A DNA stretch of 32,000 bases from an uncultured archaeon (GCA_964648855.1 CAZYLT010000022.1:1-32000), one strand, 5' to 3'. Shown: positions 16,597 through 26,922, numbered from the stretch's first letter. Notes: generated by a model from the sequence alone, not told the origin. A program made the numbers and translations.

Positions 16597-17340
16597 ATGA
16601 AAAGCAGGACGACTAAGAATTATGTGGTATTGGGCATTGTATCAGTTCTGATACTGCAGGTATGTGTACTTCCAGCGGTCGCATTGCGACATTGGTGGGG
16701 CGTTGAAGATGGCGATGAATTCGAATTTGAGTTGTATGTCAAGTCTTCAGGCTATACTGAAATAGATGATGAGGTTCTGCTCAGGGTTACAAACACACCC
16801 AATCTCACAGACACATACAGCTCTATCAGTAGAATTCCAATTCTCGAAGTTGAACAATCCTTTCTGAATGGCACACAGCTCAATCTTGATGGGCCTTGGA
16901 ACAAGGCACTGGAGCACTTAGCCTATCCGGTGGGCGACTGGTGGCTGCTTTCTACCTACATCGAAGATGAAGATATGGTGGATTACGACATCATTGAGGA
17001 CAGTGACTTTTGGGGGTACGAATGGAGAAACATTTTCGAAATCAGCGTTACCACTGTACAAGCGTCACTTCGAGCAGTATATCTCAAAGAAGATGGGTTC
17101 TTGTCACACTATGTTTATAGGTTATTCAACACGGACACCAATGAAACGTTAGAGTATCGAGAAGCATCGAGAATGAATATCGTGCTTGGTATTGACAGGG
17201 TACTGACTACCATGGGCCCTCCTCTAGCAATCACTACGATTGCTCTTACAATCTTGTTAGTGGCATATAGATTTAGATCTCGATTATTAAAGAACAAGGA
17301 TAGGGATATGCAGAAGAAACATAGTCCTCTAGTTAGTTAG
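16597..17340 (+). CDS. Secreted/surface protein, paralogue of 15803..16495
   Basis: Signal peptide, HWWGVEDGDEFEF, YPVGDW (cf. LPVGNF), YLKEDGFL and a C-terminal TM. Confidence 0.8.
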   Translation: MKSRTTKNYVVLGIVSVLILQVCVLPAVALRHWWGVEDGDEFEFELYVKSSGYTEIDDEVLLRVTNTPNLTDTYSSISRIPILEVEQSFLNGTQLNLDGPWNKALEHLAYPVGDWWLLSTYIEDEDMVDYDIIEDSDFWGYEWRNIFEISVTTVQASLRAVYLKEDGFLSHYVYRLFNTDTNETLEYREASRMNIVLGIDRVLTTMGPPLAITTIALTILLVAYRFRSRLLKNKDRDMQKKHSPLVS

Positions 17341-18969
17341 TAATCTAGGCACTGCACTTCTAGCAAAGAAGAGCTCCACAACAACTAAAACGCCCTGAAT
17401 TCCTAGCCCAACTACTATCTGACTTGTGAGAAATATTCCTAATAGCAATCCAAGCAGAGGTATTAGTCCAACTGCAGATGCAACCATGATTGCAATCAGT
17501 GTTGCTTTTTGATTATTCACAGGGTTGACGGCAACTGTCCTCCCTCCACCAACAATTCGAAATAGGATACCACCTACTATCAATGCAAGTCCATATCCAA
17601 GAGGAACCTGGATAACTGGAATGAGAATCGCAAATGGAGTAAAGGGAGTGCCTACTAAGAAGAGGACTGACACAACGACCATGAAGAAAGTGTACGTAGC
17701 CGTAAATAATGTGGCCTTAGCTTTGAGGTTCATCATGCTACTCAAGGGGAGCCCATCATAAACCGAAGCACCTTGAGTATCTACTCCCAGCAGACCTGTC
17801 ACACTGATTCCTGAGAAGCTTTGCACCATGACCATGAGGGTTAGAATTGTTGCCAAACTGACTGTGCCCCCAGCAACTTGGGCAAACGTTGGTATCCAAG
17901 CCACTAGCATGATCAGTGGAAATATCATGATGGCTAGAGACCCCAAGTCGCGCGTTGCCAATCTGATGTCTTTCCTTATAATTGCCAATATGGGAGTAGA
18001 AATCTTTAGTGGCCTCCCCATCGACTCATAGTCAATAGTGGTTTCGATTCCCCCTAGTACTGTTCGTCTCAACTCTCTTCTGGCTATCCGATAGCCGCGA
18101 ATTGCGAATACGGAGTACAACGCAGTAGAGCAGATCGAGAGCAATGCAATTCCCGCTGAAACTAAGAAGCCGTATGTTGCAATTCCCGTTAGCAATCCCA
18201 TATTGAATGGGAATAGAACACTGAACAACACGTTGACCGCAATGCCGTACTGATGCGATAGACTGGTGAGGATATCAACCAAGGTGGGCAAGTAATTCCC
18301 AACCGAATAGACAGCAATGAATCCTACCAAGAGCATAGCTCCCGCCAGCACCCGCACAACTGTGGACATGATAGACCCGGGTTGTTCAAGTGATTTCTTG
18401 TGATACCATTTGGCGACGAGTATGAGAGTTGTGAATGAAGCTAGCACTGTTACCAGACAAGAGAAGAATGCAGCTATACTTGCAACAGGGCCCATAAATA
18501 TCAAGAAACCCAAAGGGAAGACCGTTAGAATGGCGATAGATGGTCCTGCAAAGGTACGCATGAATGCAAGAAAGATAACGTCCTCAAGGTCTTCTTTTGA
18601 AATGGGCAACATGCCAGGAAACGAAGCAACCCCTGACATAAAGAAACCAGATGTTCCTAATAGATTCAGGAAGAATACCAAGACAAAGCTAAGCAGAAGA
18701 AAGGAACCGAAGCTGACTGTCAAGGAAATTAATGGGGATTGAGCTGGGTCATCAAATAGAATGAGAGCAATTGATATCGCAGCGATGGTGACAACCAGAA
18801 AGGTTGTAAAAACCATACTAATCGTGCTACCTCTCTTTGCCCTGCTCATAATCCGTTCAGGATCTTCTTTAGCTCTTGCACGAAAGGATGGGTTAGAATT
18901 TAGTTGAGATCTGAATCTCGCTTCGCGTATGATAGTGCCTGCAAGTTTCCATTTCTTGCTGAAATTCAT
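17329..18969 (-). CDS. ABC-2 type exporter permease (multi-TM)
   Basis: More than 10 TM segments, AIIRKDIRLATRD motif and two LP-[IL]-S motifs; coupled by ATGA overlap to the ABC ATPase. Confidence 0.8.
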   Translation of the reverse strand: MNFSKKWKLAGTIIREARFRSQLNSNPSFRARAKEDPERIMSRAKRGSTISMVFTTFLVVTIAAISIALILFDDPAQSPLISLTVSFGSFLLLSFVLVFFLNLLGTSGFFMSGVASFPGMLPISKEDLEDVIFLAFMRTFAGPSIAILTVFPLGFLIFMGPVASIAAFFSCLVTVLASFTTLILVAKWYHKKSLEQPGSIMSTVVRVLAGAMLLVGFIAVYSVGNYLPTLVDILTSLSHQYGIAVNVLFSVLFPFNMGLLTGIATYGFLVSAGIALLSICSTALYSVFAIRGYRIARRELRRTVLGGIETTIDYESMGRPLKISTPILAIIRKDIRLATRDLGSLAIMIFPLIMLVAWIPTFAQVAGGTVSLATILTLMVMVQSFSGISVTGLLGVDTQGASVYDGLPLSSMMNLKAKATLFTATYTFFMVVVSVLFLVGTPFTPFAILIPVIQVPLGYGLALIVGGILFRIVGGGRTVAVNPVNNQKATLIAIMVASAVGLIPLLGLLLGIFLTSQIVVGLGIQGVLVVVELFFARSAVPRLLTN

Positions 18970-19763
18970 CCAGATAGAGCCCCCCTCAGGCTATCTACAC
19001 CTTCAGTGACCTCATCTACCTGTTCAGTTAGTTTCAAGAATAGTTGTTCTAGAGTAGCACTCTCTTCTTTTGCTTGTTCTCTCAATTCTTCCAGAGTACC
19101 ATCTGCAATGATCTTTCCATGATCAATGATGCCAACTCTATCACAGAGTGCTTGAGCAACCTCCATTATGTGCGTACTCAAGAGAACCGAACCGCCATTC
19201 TCCACATGGATTTGTATTGCATCTTTTAGGATTCTGACAACTCTTGCGTCGAGTCCTGAGAAAGGTTCATCCAAGATCAAGAGCTTCGGGCGGTGGATGA
19301 GTGCTGTCATCAACAGGCATTTCTGTTTGTTGCCCGATGAAAGGGTCACAATCATTTTGTCCATGTTATCGGTAAAATCCAAAGCTTTGGCGATATCTGC
19401 AACTCTCGAGTTGACCGAGTCCTCTGGAAGCTCTCTTACCGATGCAATGAATTCGAACAATTCTCTCGGCGTCAGTGACTCGTATAGAACAGTTTCCTCT
19501 GGAACGTATCCAACGACTGACTTCACCTCAACAGGATTCTGCAGACTGTCCACGCCCATAACGGAAGCAATACCTGAATCGGGGTCTAAAAGGCCCATGA
19601 TCACCTTTAGTGTTGTAGTTTTTCCCGCTCCGTTTGGCCCTAAGAGACCGTATATTTCTCCATCCTTCACTATTAGGGAGATATCATCAACAGCCACGAC
19701 ATCTCCGAATGTCTTCGTTAGACCGGTTATCTCAACCGCAGCCAATTCCTTGTCACCCATCAC
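18966..19763 (-). CDS. ABC transporter ATP-binding protein
   Basis: GPNGAGKTT, signature LSSGNKQ, LLILDEP, and H-loop LSTH. Confidence 0.95.
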   Translation of the reverse strand: MMGDKELAAVEITGLTKTFGDVVAVDDISLIVKDGEIYGLLGPNGAGKTTTLKVIMGLLDPDSGIASVMGVDSLQNPVEVKSVVGYVPEETVLYESLTPRELFEFIASVRELPEDSVNSRVADIAKALDFTDNMDKMIVTLSSGNKQKCLLMTALIHRPKLLILDEPFSGLDARVVRILKDAIQIHVENGGSVLLSTHIMEVAQALCDRVGIIDHGKIIADGTLEELREQAKEESATLEQLFLKLTEQVDEVTEGVDSLRGALSG

Positions 19764-19853
19764 TTTAGTGTCAGTTGAAGTATAGTCTATTTATGTCGTG
19801 TCTTGCACGCAGAACGCATTCATTGCAGACGCCAAATACGGAAATATGCCCAA

Positions 19854-21179
19854 TCACTTGAGCCTTTTCCACAGTGATTTCGCAGACTCGCGGGATAATC
19901 TGCTGACCTCTTCATCTGATATTCGTTGGAGCTTCCGATTTTTCAATACAACTTCTCCATTGACCAGTACATCTCTTACATCGCGCCCGGAGAATGTATT
20001 TACAAGATGTCCGATGATACTGTTTGATGTAATTGGTGTGGGAACCCTCGTGGCATCAAGAATGACAATATCCGCTAATTTACCCGGCTTGAGACTGCCA
20101 ATTTTATCCTCCAGTCCATAGCATCTTGCTCCTCCCATGGTGGCCATTTCAAAGACCTCTTTCTCCCCAATAATACTTGGATTGCGGTTTGCTAATCGAT
20201 GAACTGTCAGTGCATATCTCATGTTTTCGAATGGGTCATAGATCCAGCCATCATTACCTAGTCCTACAGTAATTCCCTTTTGTAGCATTTTAGGCACCGG
20301 AGCCGTTCCTACTGCGTTCAGCATATTGCTCATTGGATTGTGAGCTATTGATGCTCCTGACTCCGCGACCAAGTCCAGTTCATGCTCATTAACATGAACG
20401 CAATGAGCAAGAATCGCATGCTTACCGAGGACTCCTAATCGGTCCAATCTCTCTATCGTTCGCTCTCCATATTTTTCCAGATTATGATAGAGGTCGACGA
20501 GCCCCTCTGAAGTATGGATTGTTATTGGAACATCTACCTTCTTTGCGGCATCCACTGTTTTCTTTACCATATCATCGTCAACTGTAAATGATGCATGAAG
20601 GCTCATCATGGTGGAGGTTAATCCACTGTGTCCCTTGTTCTCCTGAATGAAACGTATACTCTCTTCAAGTCCTCTCTCCGCCTCCTCGTGGTCATGACGC
20701 TCTGTCATTTCGAAAGCCAGCATTGAGCGAATACCAATCTTCTCAGTCCCTTTTGAGACAGCGTCTAGGCTGTTTTCAATCGCGTTGGGACCAGAGTAGG
20801 TGTCAGCAAAGAATGTACTACCATTTCTTAGCATATCAGCAGATGCAGATAGCGCACTTGCTTCAGCGTCGTTCAGGTCCAACGCTTCATCAACGGGCCA
20901 CCACACTCGTTGCAGAATCTGGGCAAAATCAGTTGGAGGTTCAATATTCAAGGAAGCGCCACGAAGAAGTATTCCATAGAGATGTGTGTGCGCAGTAATG
21001 AGACCCGGAATGACAATACAACCGCCTGCATCAATCTTATTATCTGCAGGTTTGCCTTCCCCCTCTCCGAGCTCTGTTATCTTTTGATCTTCTATTCGGA
21101 TATATCCGTTCTTGATGATGCCTTGCTTTTTGTCCGCACTAACGATAAATGCGTTTTCAATTGTTGTGATTTTGCTCAA
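19854..21179 (-). CDS. Amidohydrolase (SsnA / MTA-SAH deaminase-like)
   Basis: HTHLY, PPTDFAQILQRVWWPVD, LHASFTV, IHTSE, AHCVH, HNPMSN, GLGND and GSLKPGKLADIV. Confidence 0.9.
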   Translation of the reverse strand: MSKITTIENAFIVSADKKQGIIKNGYIRIEDQKITELGEGEGKPADNKIDAGGCIVIPGLITAHTHLYGILLRGASLNIEPPTDFAQILQRVWWPVDEALDLNDAEASALSASADMLRNGSTFFADTYSGPNAIENSLDAVSKGTEKIGIRSMLAFEMTERHDHEEAERGLEESIRFIQENKGHSGLTSTMMSLHASFTVDDDMVKKTVDAAKKVDVPITIHTSEGLVDLYHNLEKYGERTIERLDRLGVLGKHAILAHCVHVNEHELDLVAESGASIAHNPMSNMLNAVGTAPVPKMLQKGITVGLGNDGWIYDPFENMRYALTVHRLANRNPSIIGEKEVFEMATMGGARCYGLEDKIGSLKPGKLADIVILDATRVPTPITSNSIIGHLVNTFSGRDVRDVLVNGEVVLKNRKLQRISDEEVSRLSRESAKSLWKRLK

Positions 21180-21228
21180 AACTTTTGACCTCCATGGCCT
21201 TCTTCATCTGTTTTCACATAGCAGGCTG

Positions 21229-22707
21229 TCAGAGCTCCATATCTACTCGACGGACAGCTCCTTTTTTGGACCGGTATACAGTTCCCTCTCTTTCCAGCGT
21301 TTCCAATGCCTCCTCGAGCTCTTCTTCCGTAAGATTCACCTTAGTTGCATTCTTGTGTAAATCCTCAAGAGTAACGTCGCTATCCTGGCCGCCTGATAGA
21401 TACTTTAGAAGACTCATAAATCGCTCTGTTTCTGATACGTCATCATCCACTATCAGTTTGAATTGTGTCGTTGATGCGGTTTTGTCTGCTTCCTGTCTAA
21501 CATTAACCGATTCCTTTGCCTTCAATAGAGCACTCAGGAGACCTGCTTGTTCTGAGCTATCAGTTTCGGTTTCTTTCTCTGGAGGTGCAATATCTGCGAG
21601 ACTGACACCCCCTTGCTGATCGTCTTCCTCCTCCATGTACGGAATCGGATGCTCTTCAACGTCAACACCCATCCATTCAGTATCAATGTCTGGATTGTTC
21701 TTAGCCGCTTCCAAGAGACGAGGTCGAAACTCTTTCATTATTCTGTCTCTCTGTTCCGCCAAATCTTCGCCATCACAGGGCACATGAGCCAAATTTAACA
21801 GAGTACGCTCTGCCTGTCCTCTAACGCGGATATGAGAGTCATTTGCAAAATAATCGATAATCTTCAACAGACTTGTCAATCTTGAATTGGCAATGTTAAC
21901 CTCTTCTAAGAGCGCTTGCTTAACCCTCCAGTCTGGGTCTGACACTATCTCCATGACGATGCCTGCTGCTGAACTGATACCAACCTTTCCAATTGCTCTG
22001 GAAACTTTGGCTCGCGTCTGCCAGTCACCAGAAGATAAGAATGGTGCGAGATATCCTATGGTAGACTGGTCAACAACTCCACAAATATACTCAAGCAACT
22101 CAGGTTTCCTTTGTGCCGCCTTTTTGGCGAGTGTCTTGAGCATTCTCTTGCCTGTGCTCTCTTTGAATGACAGAATCTTAGGAACTGAACCATAGGAAAC
22201 AGTCTCTGTTTCCTTTCTAATCTTATCGCCGACCCAACGTGCGCCTCTTCTGCCAAGATGAGCCATTATCCCAAAGACTGTAGCTTGATGCTCATGCCCG
22301 ACTTCATCGAGCACCCCAACCCATCTCTTTTGTTCTGACGATGAAACTGGTCCTCCCGTTCTGCTAAATGCTTCCTCCACGCTCTGAAGCACTTGTTCTC
22401 TTTCAGCAGGGTTTATGGCTTCAAGAGCCTCAAATAGTGATGGAATATAAGACCCGAAAGCGTGCATTGCTGCAAATCTGAAATTGAGTTTCCTCAGTGT
22501 TAAGTCATCAACATCCAGTATGCTCATTATCTTTGGCAGAAGTGAGCGTGCCGCTCGGTGTTGCATTAATTCTCCGGCTGCTGTGTATGCAACTCCAAGG
22601 TCTGGCGAATCCAGTGAGCTGGATATAGCTCTCAGCTCTCTCAAGCCTTCAAGCTCCTTCCTCTTCGCCTTTTCCTCTCCTTTCTTCGTCATTATACTCC
22701 GACTCAT
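21229..22707 (-). CDS. HEAT-repeat protein with acidic linker and C-terminal winged-helix domain
   Basis: HEAT motifs LSSGDWQTRAKVSRAIG, VSDPDWRVKQALL and ANDSHIRVRGQAERTL. The C-terminal VTLEDL...LTEEELEEALETLEREGTVYRSKKGAVRRV resembles MCM/RPA32 C-terminal WH. Confidence 0.8.
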   Translation of the reverse strand: MSRSIMTKKGEEKAKRKELEGLRELRAISSSLDSPDLGVAYTAAGELMQHRAARSLLPKIMSILDVDDLTLRKLNFRFAAMHAFGSYIPSLFEALEAINPAEREQVLQSVEEAFSRTGGPVSSSEQKRWVGVLDEVGHEHQATVFGIMAHLGRRGARWVGDKIRKETETVSYGSVPKILSFKESTGKRMLKTLAKKAAQRKPELLEYICGVVDQSTIGYLAPFLSSGDWQTRAKVSRAIGKVGISSAAGIVMEIVSDPDWRVKQALLEEVNIANSRLTSLLKIIDYFANDSHIRVRGQAERTLLNLAHVPCDGEDLAEQRDRIMKEFRPRLLEAAKNNPDIDTEWMGVDVEEHPIPYMEEEDDQQGGVSLADIAPPEKETETDSSEQAGLLSALLKAKESVNVRQEADKTASTTQFKLIVDDDVSETERFMSLLKYLSGGQDSDVTLEDLHKNATKVNLTEEELEEALETLEREGTVYRSKKGAVRRVDMEL

Positions 22708-22746
22708 GTGATTACGGCTAGGGCATTATGTATTCTTCTTGCTATT

Positions 22747-23631
22747 CTACCCCTTATTCTTTTTCTCTGATTCCTGTAGTGCTTCCTCTTCCATGAGATA
22801 GCCGGTTAGATTTTCCTGGTCTTCATTACCTTGTCTTTTTGATGCCTTTTTAGCATCCTCTGATTCATCGATATCCACAGCTTCACCATCTAGAGAGAGT
22901 TGCTCGGTATCTTCTATGTCCGGCATGCCAATATCATCCGACAGCTCAATCTCTAGGAGGTAATGGTCATATGCCTCCTTAACCCGCGAGGCCTCGTCGC
23001 TTTTAGCATCGACTTCCTTTGTATCAATGCGTAAATCACGAAGAATTTTCTTACCCAACACAGTATGCGAGAGCTTCTTTACCGAAATCTTACCTTGCTT
23101 GACCGAGGGCTTAGCTTTTCGATAATTCTCAATTTGAGCTTCACGTACTTTTCCTGTTAGATATCCCAGGCCGTCTCTCTTGAGTTCACTTGGAACAAGA
23201 TGACCGACTCTACTCTTCTCGATGAGACTCTTAGCCTGTTCGGCAAGAAACTCCCTGGCATTTTTTCTTCCATCCTTGCTGTTTTCTTCCTTGAGCATTA
23301 TATCGAGAATATCTCTTGTAGGCACCTCAACCGCCGTGCTCAAAGATAACATGCCTAGGTAGGACAAGACACCGGCTCGGATTTGCATTAGACATTCGGT
23401 CAGCATTCCATCATCAGAATCTTCAAAATTTCGTACTGCTATACTATCAATCCTATGCAAAGGACTCTCGTTCTTGTCCTTCCAGAAACCATTGAATGTT
23501 TGAGAAAGTGCGACGAAGTCTCCTCTATTAGCAAGATCTAGAACTTTCTTTAGAAAAGCCTCATCTTTTTTTCTTGACCACCCGGACGAACCCAGATTAT
23601 TCAACCTCCGGCTATTAGAGCTACTACTCAA
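22747..23631 (-). CDS. Hypothetical helical protein with acidic tail and PIP-box-like motif
   Basis: 294-aa ORF co-oriented 39 nt upstream of the HEAT gene; QENLTGYL near the C-terminus. Confidence 0.7.
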   Translation of the reverse strand: MSSSSNSRRLNNLGSSGWSRKKDEAFLKKVLDLANRGDFVALSQTFNGFWKDKNESPLHRIDSIAVRNFEDSDDGMLTECLMQIRAGVLSYLGMLSLSTAVEVPTRDILDIMLKEENSKDGRKNAREFLAEQAKSLIEKSRVGHLVPSELKRDGLGYLTGKVREAQIENYRKAKPSVKQGKISVKKLSHTVLGKKILRDLRIDTKEVDAKSDEASRVKEAYDHYLLEIELSDDIGMPDIEDTEQLSLDGEAVDIDESEDAKKASKRQGNEDQENLTGYLMEEEALQESEKKNKG

Positions 23632-23804
23632 TTACTCGGGTATTTCTAAGTAACATACGCTGAGTCATTTGGATATTGCTATTGGAGAGCAATCAGTCTC
23701 TTCGATTTGTAGCTCTGCTACACAAGCCATCGCTGTGCAGCATAGCTAATGTGTGTTTCTGCTTTCGAAACCAGAACCCTCAACAACCGCGTCATACCAC
23801 TTCT

Positions 23805-25007
23805 CTAGAAGAATGTTGGTTGGTCCTCACTGACTCCTTTGGGCGCTTCCATGTCCTTTGTTTCTTTTGGCGACAACAATTCGATCAGGTCATATTTCCT
23901 TGTTCCCATCTTAAGGTTCTCTGCATATTTTGTCACCAAGTAGGGGGTTTTCATTGGGCCATGTATGCGTGCAAATGGATGAAGGTCAGCTTCTGGGTCT
24001 AGGTTTACATTTCTAAAGAAGGGCGGGACCATGCTCTCAATCAGTCCCTCCTTTGCAATCAAGTCAAGAGTAGCTTGCTCAATTGCAACAATGTCCCGGC
24101 TTCCCAGAATCCCGATATCATTCACGATGGCCGGCTGTGCAATGCCCCAGCAATCACATAGGGCGGTGATGTCCAGCAAGAAATTCAGGTAGAATCTCTT
24201 GTCCTCATCAAAGGTATTTACTATTTCATTGGCACCCTTAGCCATTAACTCTTGAAACAATGCGAAGTTCGCAGGTCCGAAATGCAGGCAGTCCGTTCCC
24301 TGATCTGCGTCAATGCACTCCATACACTGGTTGCACATGCCAAAGGAAATTGTCAATTCGTGTTTTTCCTCATCATATTTTATGTGCCCCTCAGGACATG
24401 CCTCAACCAGCTCTTTTGCATGTTCAGGACTGCATTTATCGGCATCCCAGTATTGTATGCTGTCTTCTACGCCATGGATTTTCTTCCATCTACTAGGCCC
24501 AGTATATCCACCAAGAGCTATGTTCTTGATAGCTCCGCCATAGCCACAGGTATTGTGTCCTTTAGCATGGCTCAAATCGATGAGAACGTCAGCATCACGC
24601 AGAACTCCTGCAATTGAGAGCGTGTCTACGTTGTGGAAATCAAACTCGCGTTGCTCATGATAACCGTCTTTTACACCCGCAACAGGTATCAAAGGACATC
24701 CAAGGGTTTCTGAGGTGTAGCCCCGTTCAGCTGCGTTATAAACGGCTGTTGGATTGTCCGTCACAAAGGGATAGCCTCCAGCTTCCTTCACAACTTTTAC
24801 GACTCTTCTCACGAAAAATACTGGGACGGTCTGGTAGCCATCTCTGAAGCCTAGATGCATCTTGATTGCAACTTTGTCCTTCTTTTCAATGGTAGAAAAA
24901 TCCAGATGCTCGATTATTTTATCGAGTTTTGCACTCATTGATGCGAATCTGCCAGCGTTCCCATGTTGGATCGACCCAAAGTAAACCTTTGATGCTCCAT
25001 CTGTCAT
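23805..25007 (-). CDS. DUF362 domain Fe-S protein
   Basis: KVAIKMHLG, PFVTD, LSHAKGH...YGGAIKNIALG, ferredoxin-like ACPEG/CNQCMEC, CDC and DIVAIEQATLDL. Confidence 0.9.
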   Translation of the reverse strand: MTDGASKVYFGSIQHGNAGRFASMSAKLDKIIEHLDFSTIEKKDKVAIKMHLGFRDGYQTVPVFFVRRVVKVVKEAGGYPFVTDNPTAVYNAAERGYTSETLGCPLIPVAGVKDGYHEQREFDFHNVDTLSIAGVLRDADVLIDLSHAKGHNTCGYGGAIKNIALGGYTGPSRWKKIHGVEDSIQYWDADKCSPEHAKELVEACPEGHIKYDEEKHELTISFGMCNQCMECIDADQGTDCLHFGPANFALFQELMAKGANEIVNTFDEDKRFYLNFLLDITALCDCWGIAQPAIVNDIGILGSRDIVAIEQATLDLIAKEGLIESMVPPFFRNVNLDPEADLHPFARIHGPMKTPYLVTKYAENLKMGTRKYDLIELLSPKETKDMEAPKGVSEDQPTFF

Positions 25008-25164
25008 ATCAATACCAATGAGCTAAGAAATAAAACGGTTGTGAATCCCTCTTCGAGAACCACCCCTAGACTTTATCTTGTACAATAATGTTAATTGGCA
25101 AAAGCAGTCCAGCTGAGTTAACTTGTGAAGAGGTATCGGCATACTGAACGAGAGTGATGAAGGG

Positions 25165-26115
25165 ATGATAGCATTTAGTGAGATTATGTGCAATAAAACG
25201 GGATCCAAATTAAGAGGACTGACTCACACGACACTTCAAGTAAATGTGGGAAACCGATGCAATCAGCTTTGCTACCATTGCCATGTGAAAGCAACACCCG
25301 AAAGCGAAAATGTGATGTCTTGGAAAACAATGGAAAGTATTCTCAAAGTTGCGGGTGAAGTCAAGCCAGAACTTTTTGATATAACTGGCGGAGCGCCTGA
25401 GTTGAACCCCTTCTTGCCTCGGTTTCTGAAGAGCCTATCAAATCAAGAACATGATGTCCAAGTCCGCACGAATCTGACTGTATTACAAGACCCTGGTATG
25501 GACGAAATGATGGATTTGTATAAAGAACTTCAAATCCGATTGGTCGCGTCATTGCCTTGCTATCTAGAAGAAGATGTGGATCATCAGCGAGGAGAGGGCG
25601 TATTCAAAGACAGCATTGAAATTCTGTGGAAACTCAATGAACTAGGATATGGTCTGGAATCTGAACTAGAACTTGACCTCGTATTCAACCCAGAAGGCCC
25701 CTTTCTGCCTCCTGAACAGTCACAGCTGGAGGCAACCTACAAAGAGGTTCTATTGAACGAATATAATATTCATTTCAATAATCTATTAACCATAACCAAC
25801 ATGCCAATCGGTCGGTTTCAGGAATGGTTGGAGGAGCAGGGTAATGCCACAGAATATCAAGAGCTACTAGTTAGCGCATTCAATGCTTCAACTCTCGATA
25901 GGCTGATGTGTAGGCATCAGATATGCGTTGGATGGGATGGACTCCTGTACGATTGTGACTTCAATCTCGCTTTGGGACTTCCTGTTGTAACAACACCTAA
26001 TCGTGTAACACACTTTGATGCAATTTCACATCGGAATCGTGAAATTGTCACGGGCCCACATTGTTTTGGCTGTACAGCTGGAAGTGGCTCCTCATGTTCG
26101 GGCGCTTTGGAGTAA
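25165..26115 (+). CDS. arsS: Arsenosugar biosynthesis radical SAM protein ArsS-like (TIGR04167, DUF3641 C-terminus)
   Basis: TLQVNVGNRCNQLCYHCHV (CxxxCxxC), DITGGAPELNP, VASLPCY, LMCR, YDCDFN and HCFGCTAGSGSSC. Confidence 0.9.
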   Translation: MIAFSEIMCNKTGSKLRGLTHTTLQVNVGNRCNQLCYHCHVKATPESENVMSWKTMESILKVAGEVKPELFDITGGAPELNPFLPRFLKSLSNQEHDVQVRTNLTVLQDPGMDEMMDLYKELQIRLVASLPCYLEEDVDHQRGEGVFKDSIEILWKLNELGYGLESELELDLVFNPEGPFLPPEQSQLEATYKEVLLNEYNIHFNNLLTITNMPIGRFQEWLEEQGNATEYQELLVSAFNASTLDRLMCRHQICVGWDGLLYDCDFNLALGLPVVTTPNRVTHFDAISHRNREIVTGPHCFGCTAGSGSSCSGALE

Positions 26116-26155
26116 AACGGATACTCATTTCGGCGCAACTAAGGATTGAAACGAA

Positions 26156-26842
26156 ATGGTATTCCGTGCTGCGATATTCCTGATGATGAAGTATCCTAAG
26201 GCAGGTGCGGTGAAGTCGCGCTTGGCTCAATCGATAGGAGAAGAGGCTGCTGCTCATCTGTATCGAGTCTTCATACAAGACACCTTGGCTTTGATTCGTT
26301 CTGTTGACACACCCTATTACATAGCCGTGTATCCCCCTGATTCCATCCAGGAATTTGGCAAATTGCTGGGCGGAACATATCGTTTCATGCCACAGAGAGG
26401 GGCACATTTGGGGGAGCGACTCCATAATGGCTTCGTAGACATGTTTGCGAAGGGGTATGACCAAGTCATTGCTCTAGCCAGCGACAGCCCAGACCTCCCC
26501 TCTAAAATTCTCAAGACTGCCCTTTCTAGCCTTAAGGACCAAGAAGTTGTGATAGGACCGGCACTGGATGGCGGATACTACTTACTTGGATTCTCGCAAA
26601 AGGGCTTTATCTCTAATGCCTTTGAGAATATACCGTGGAGCACAGAAAAGGTATTTCGTGAGACTCTATTACGAATCAAGTCTGTTACGAATCAAATCCA
26701 TGTCCTACCTAAATGGACAGATATCGATACTATGAGTGAGCTTCGATTCTTCTATGAAAAGCACCGAATAAATCAAACAACTCTTGAGACAATGAAATAC
26801 CTCAGTAGTCATCCTGGACTCCTTGAGGGTGCACGCAAATGA
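26156..26842 (+). CDS. TIGR04282 (DUF2064, CofC-like) arsenosugar-associated transferase
   Basis: KYPKAGAVKSRL, PQRGAHLGERL, SDSPDL, VIGPALDGGYYLLG, IPWST and DIDT. Confidence 0.9.
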   Translation: MVFRAAIFLMMKYPKAGAVKSRLAQSIGEEAAAHLYRVFIQDTLALIRSVDTPYYIAVYPPDSIQEFGKLLGGTYRFMPQRGAHLGERLHNGFVDMFAKGYDQVIALASDSPDLPSKILKTALSSLKDQEVVIGPALDGGYYLLGFSQKGFISNAFENIPWSTEKVFRETLLRIKSVTNQIHVLPKWTDIDTMSELRFFYEKHRINQTTLETMKYLSSHPGLLEGARK

Positions 26843-26922
26843 ATCTTGCAGGATGCGAATGCGATTCTTGTTTCTGCGGTATGGTTCCTTTGAGATTGAC
26901 CAACATGGCGAGCCAGTTTTGA
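26839..26922 (+). CDS. Putative 27-aa Cys-rich peptide (CxCxxCxC)
   Basis: ATGA overlap with the upstream stop and GAGGGTG SD 7 nt upstream; MNLAGCECDSCFCGMVPLRLTNMASQF. Confidence 0.35.
   Translation: MNLAGCECDSCFCGMVPLRLTNMASQF

Noticed and set aside
8504-21179. A single molybdenum-hydroxylase maturation cluster linking the CoxD/E-like pair and the SsnA-like amidohydrolase
   Set aside because: The genes are ~8 kb apart with unrelated genes between them, and no molybdoenzyme subunits are present in the window.
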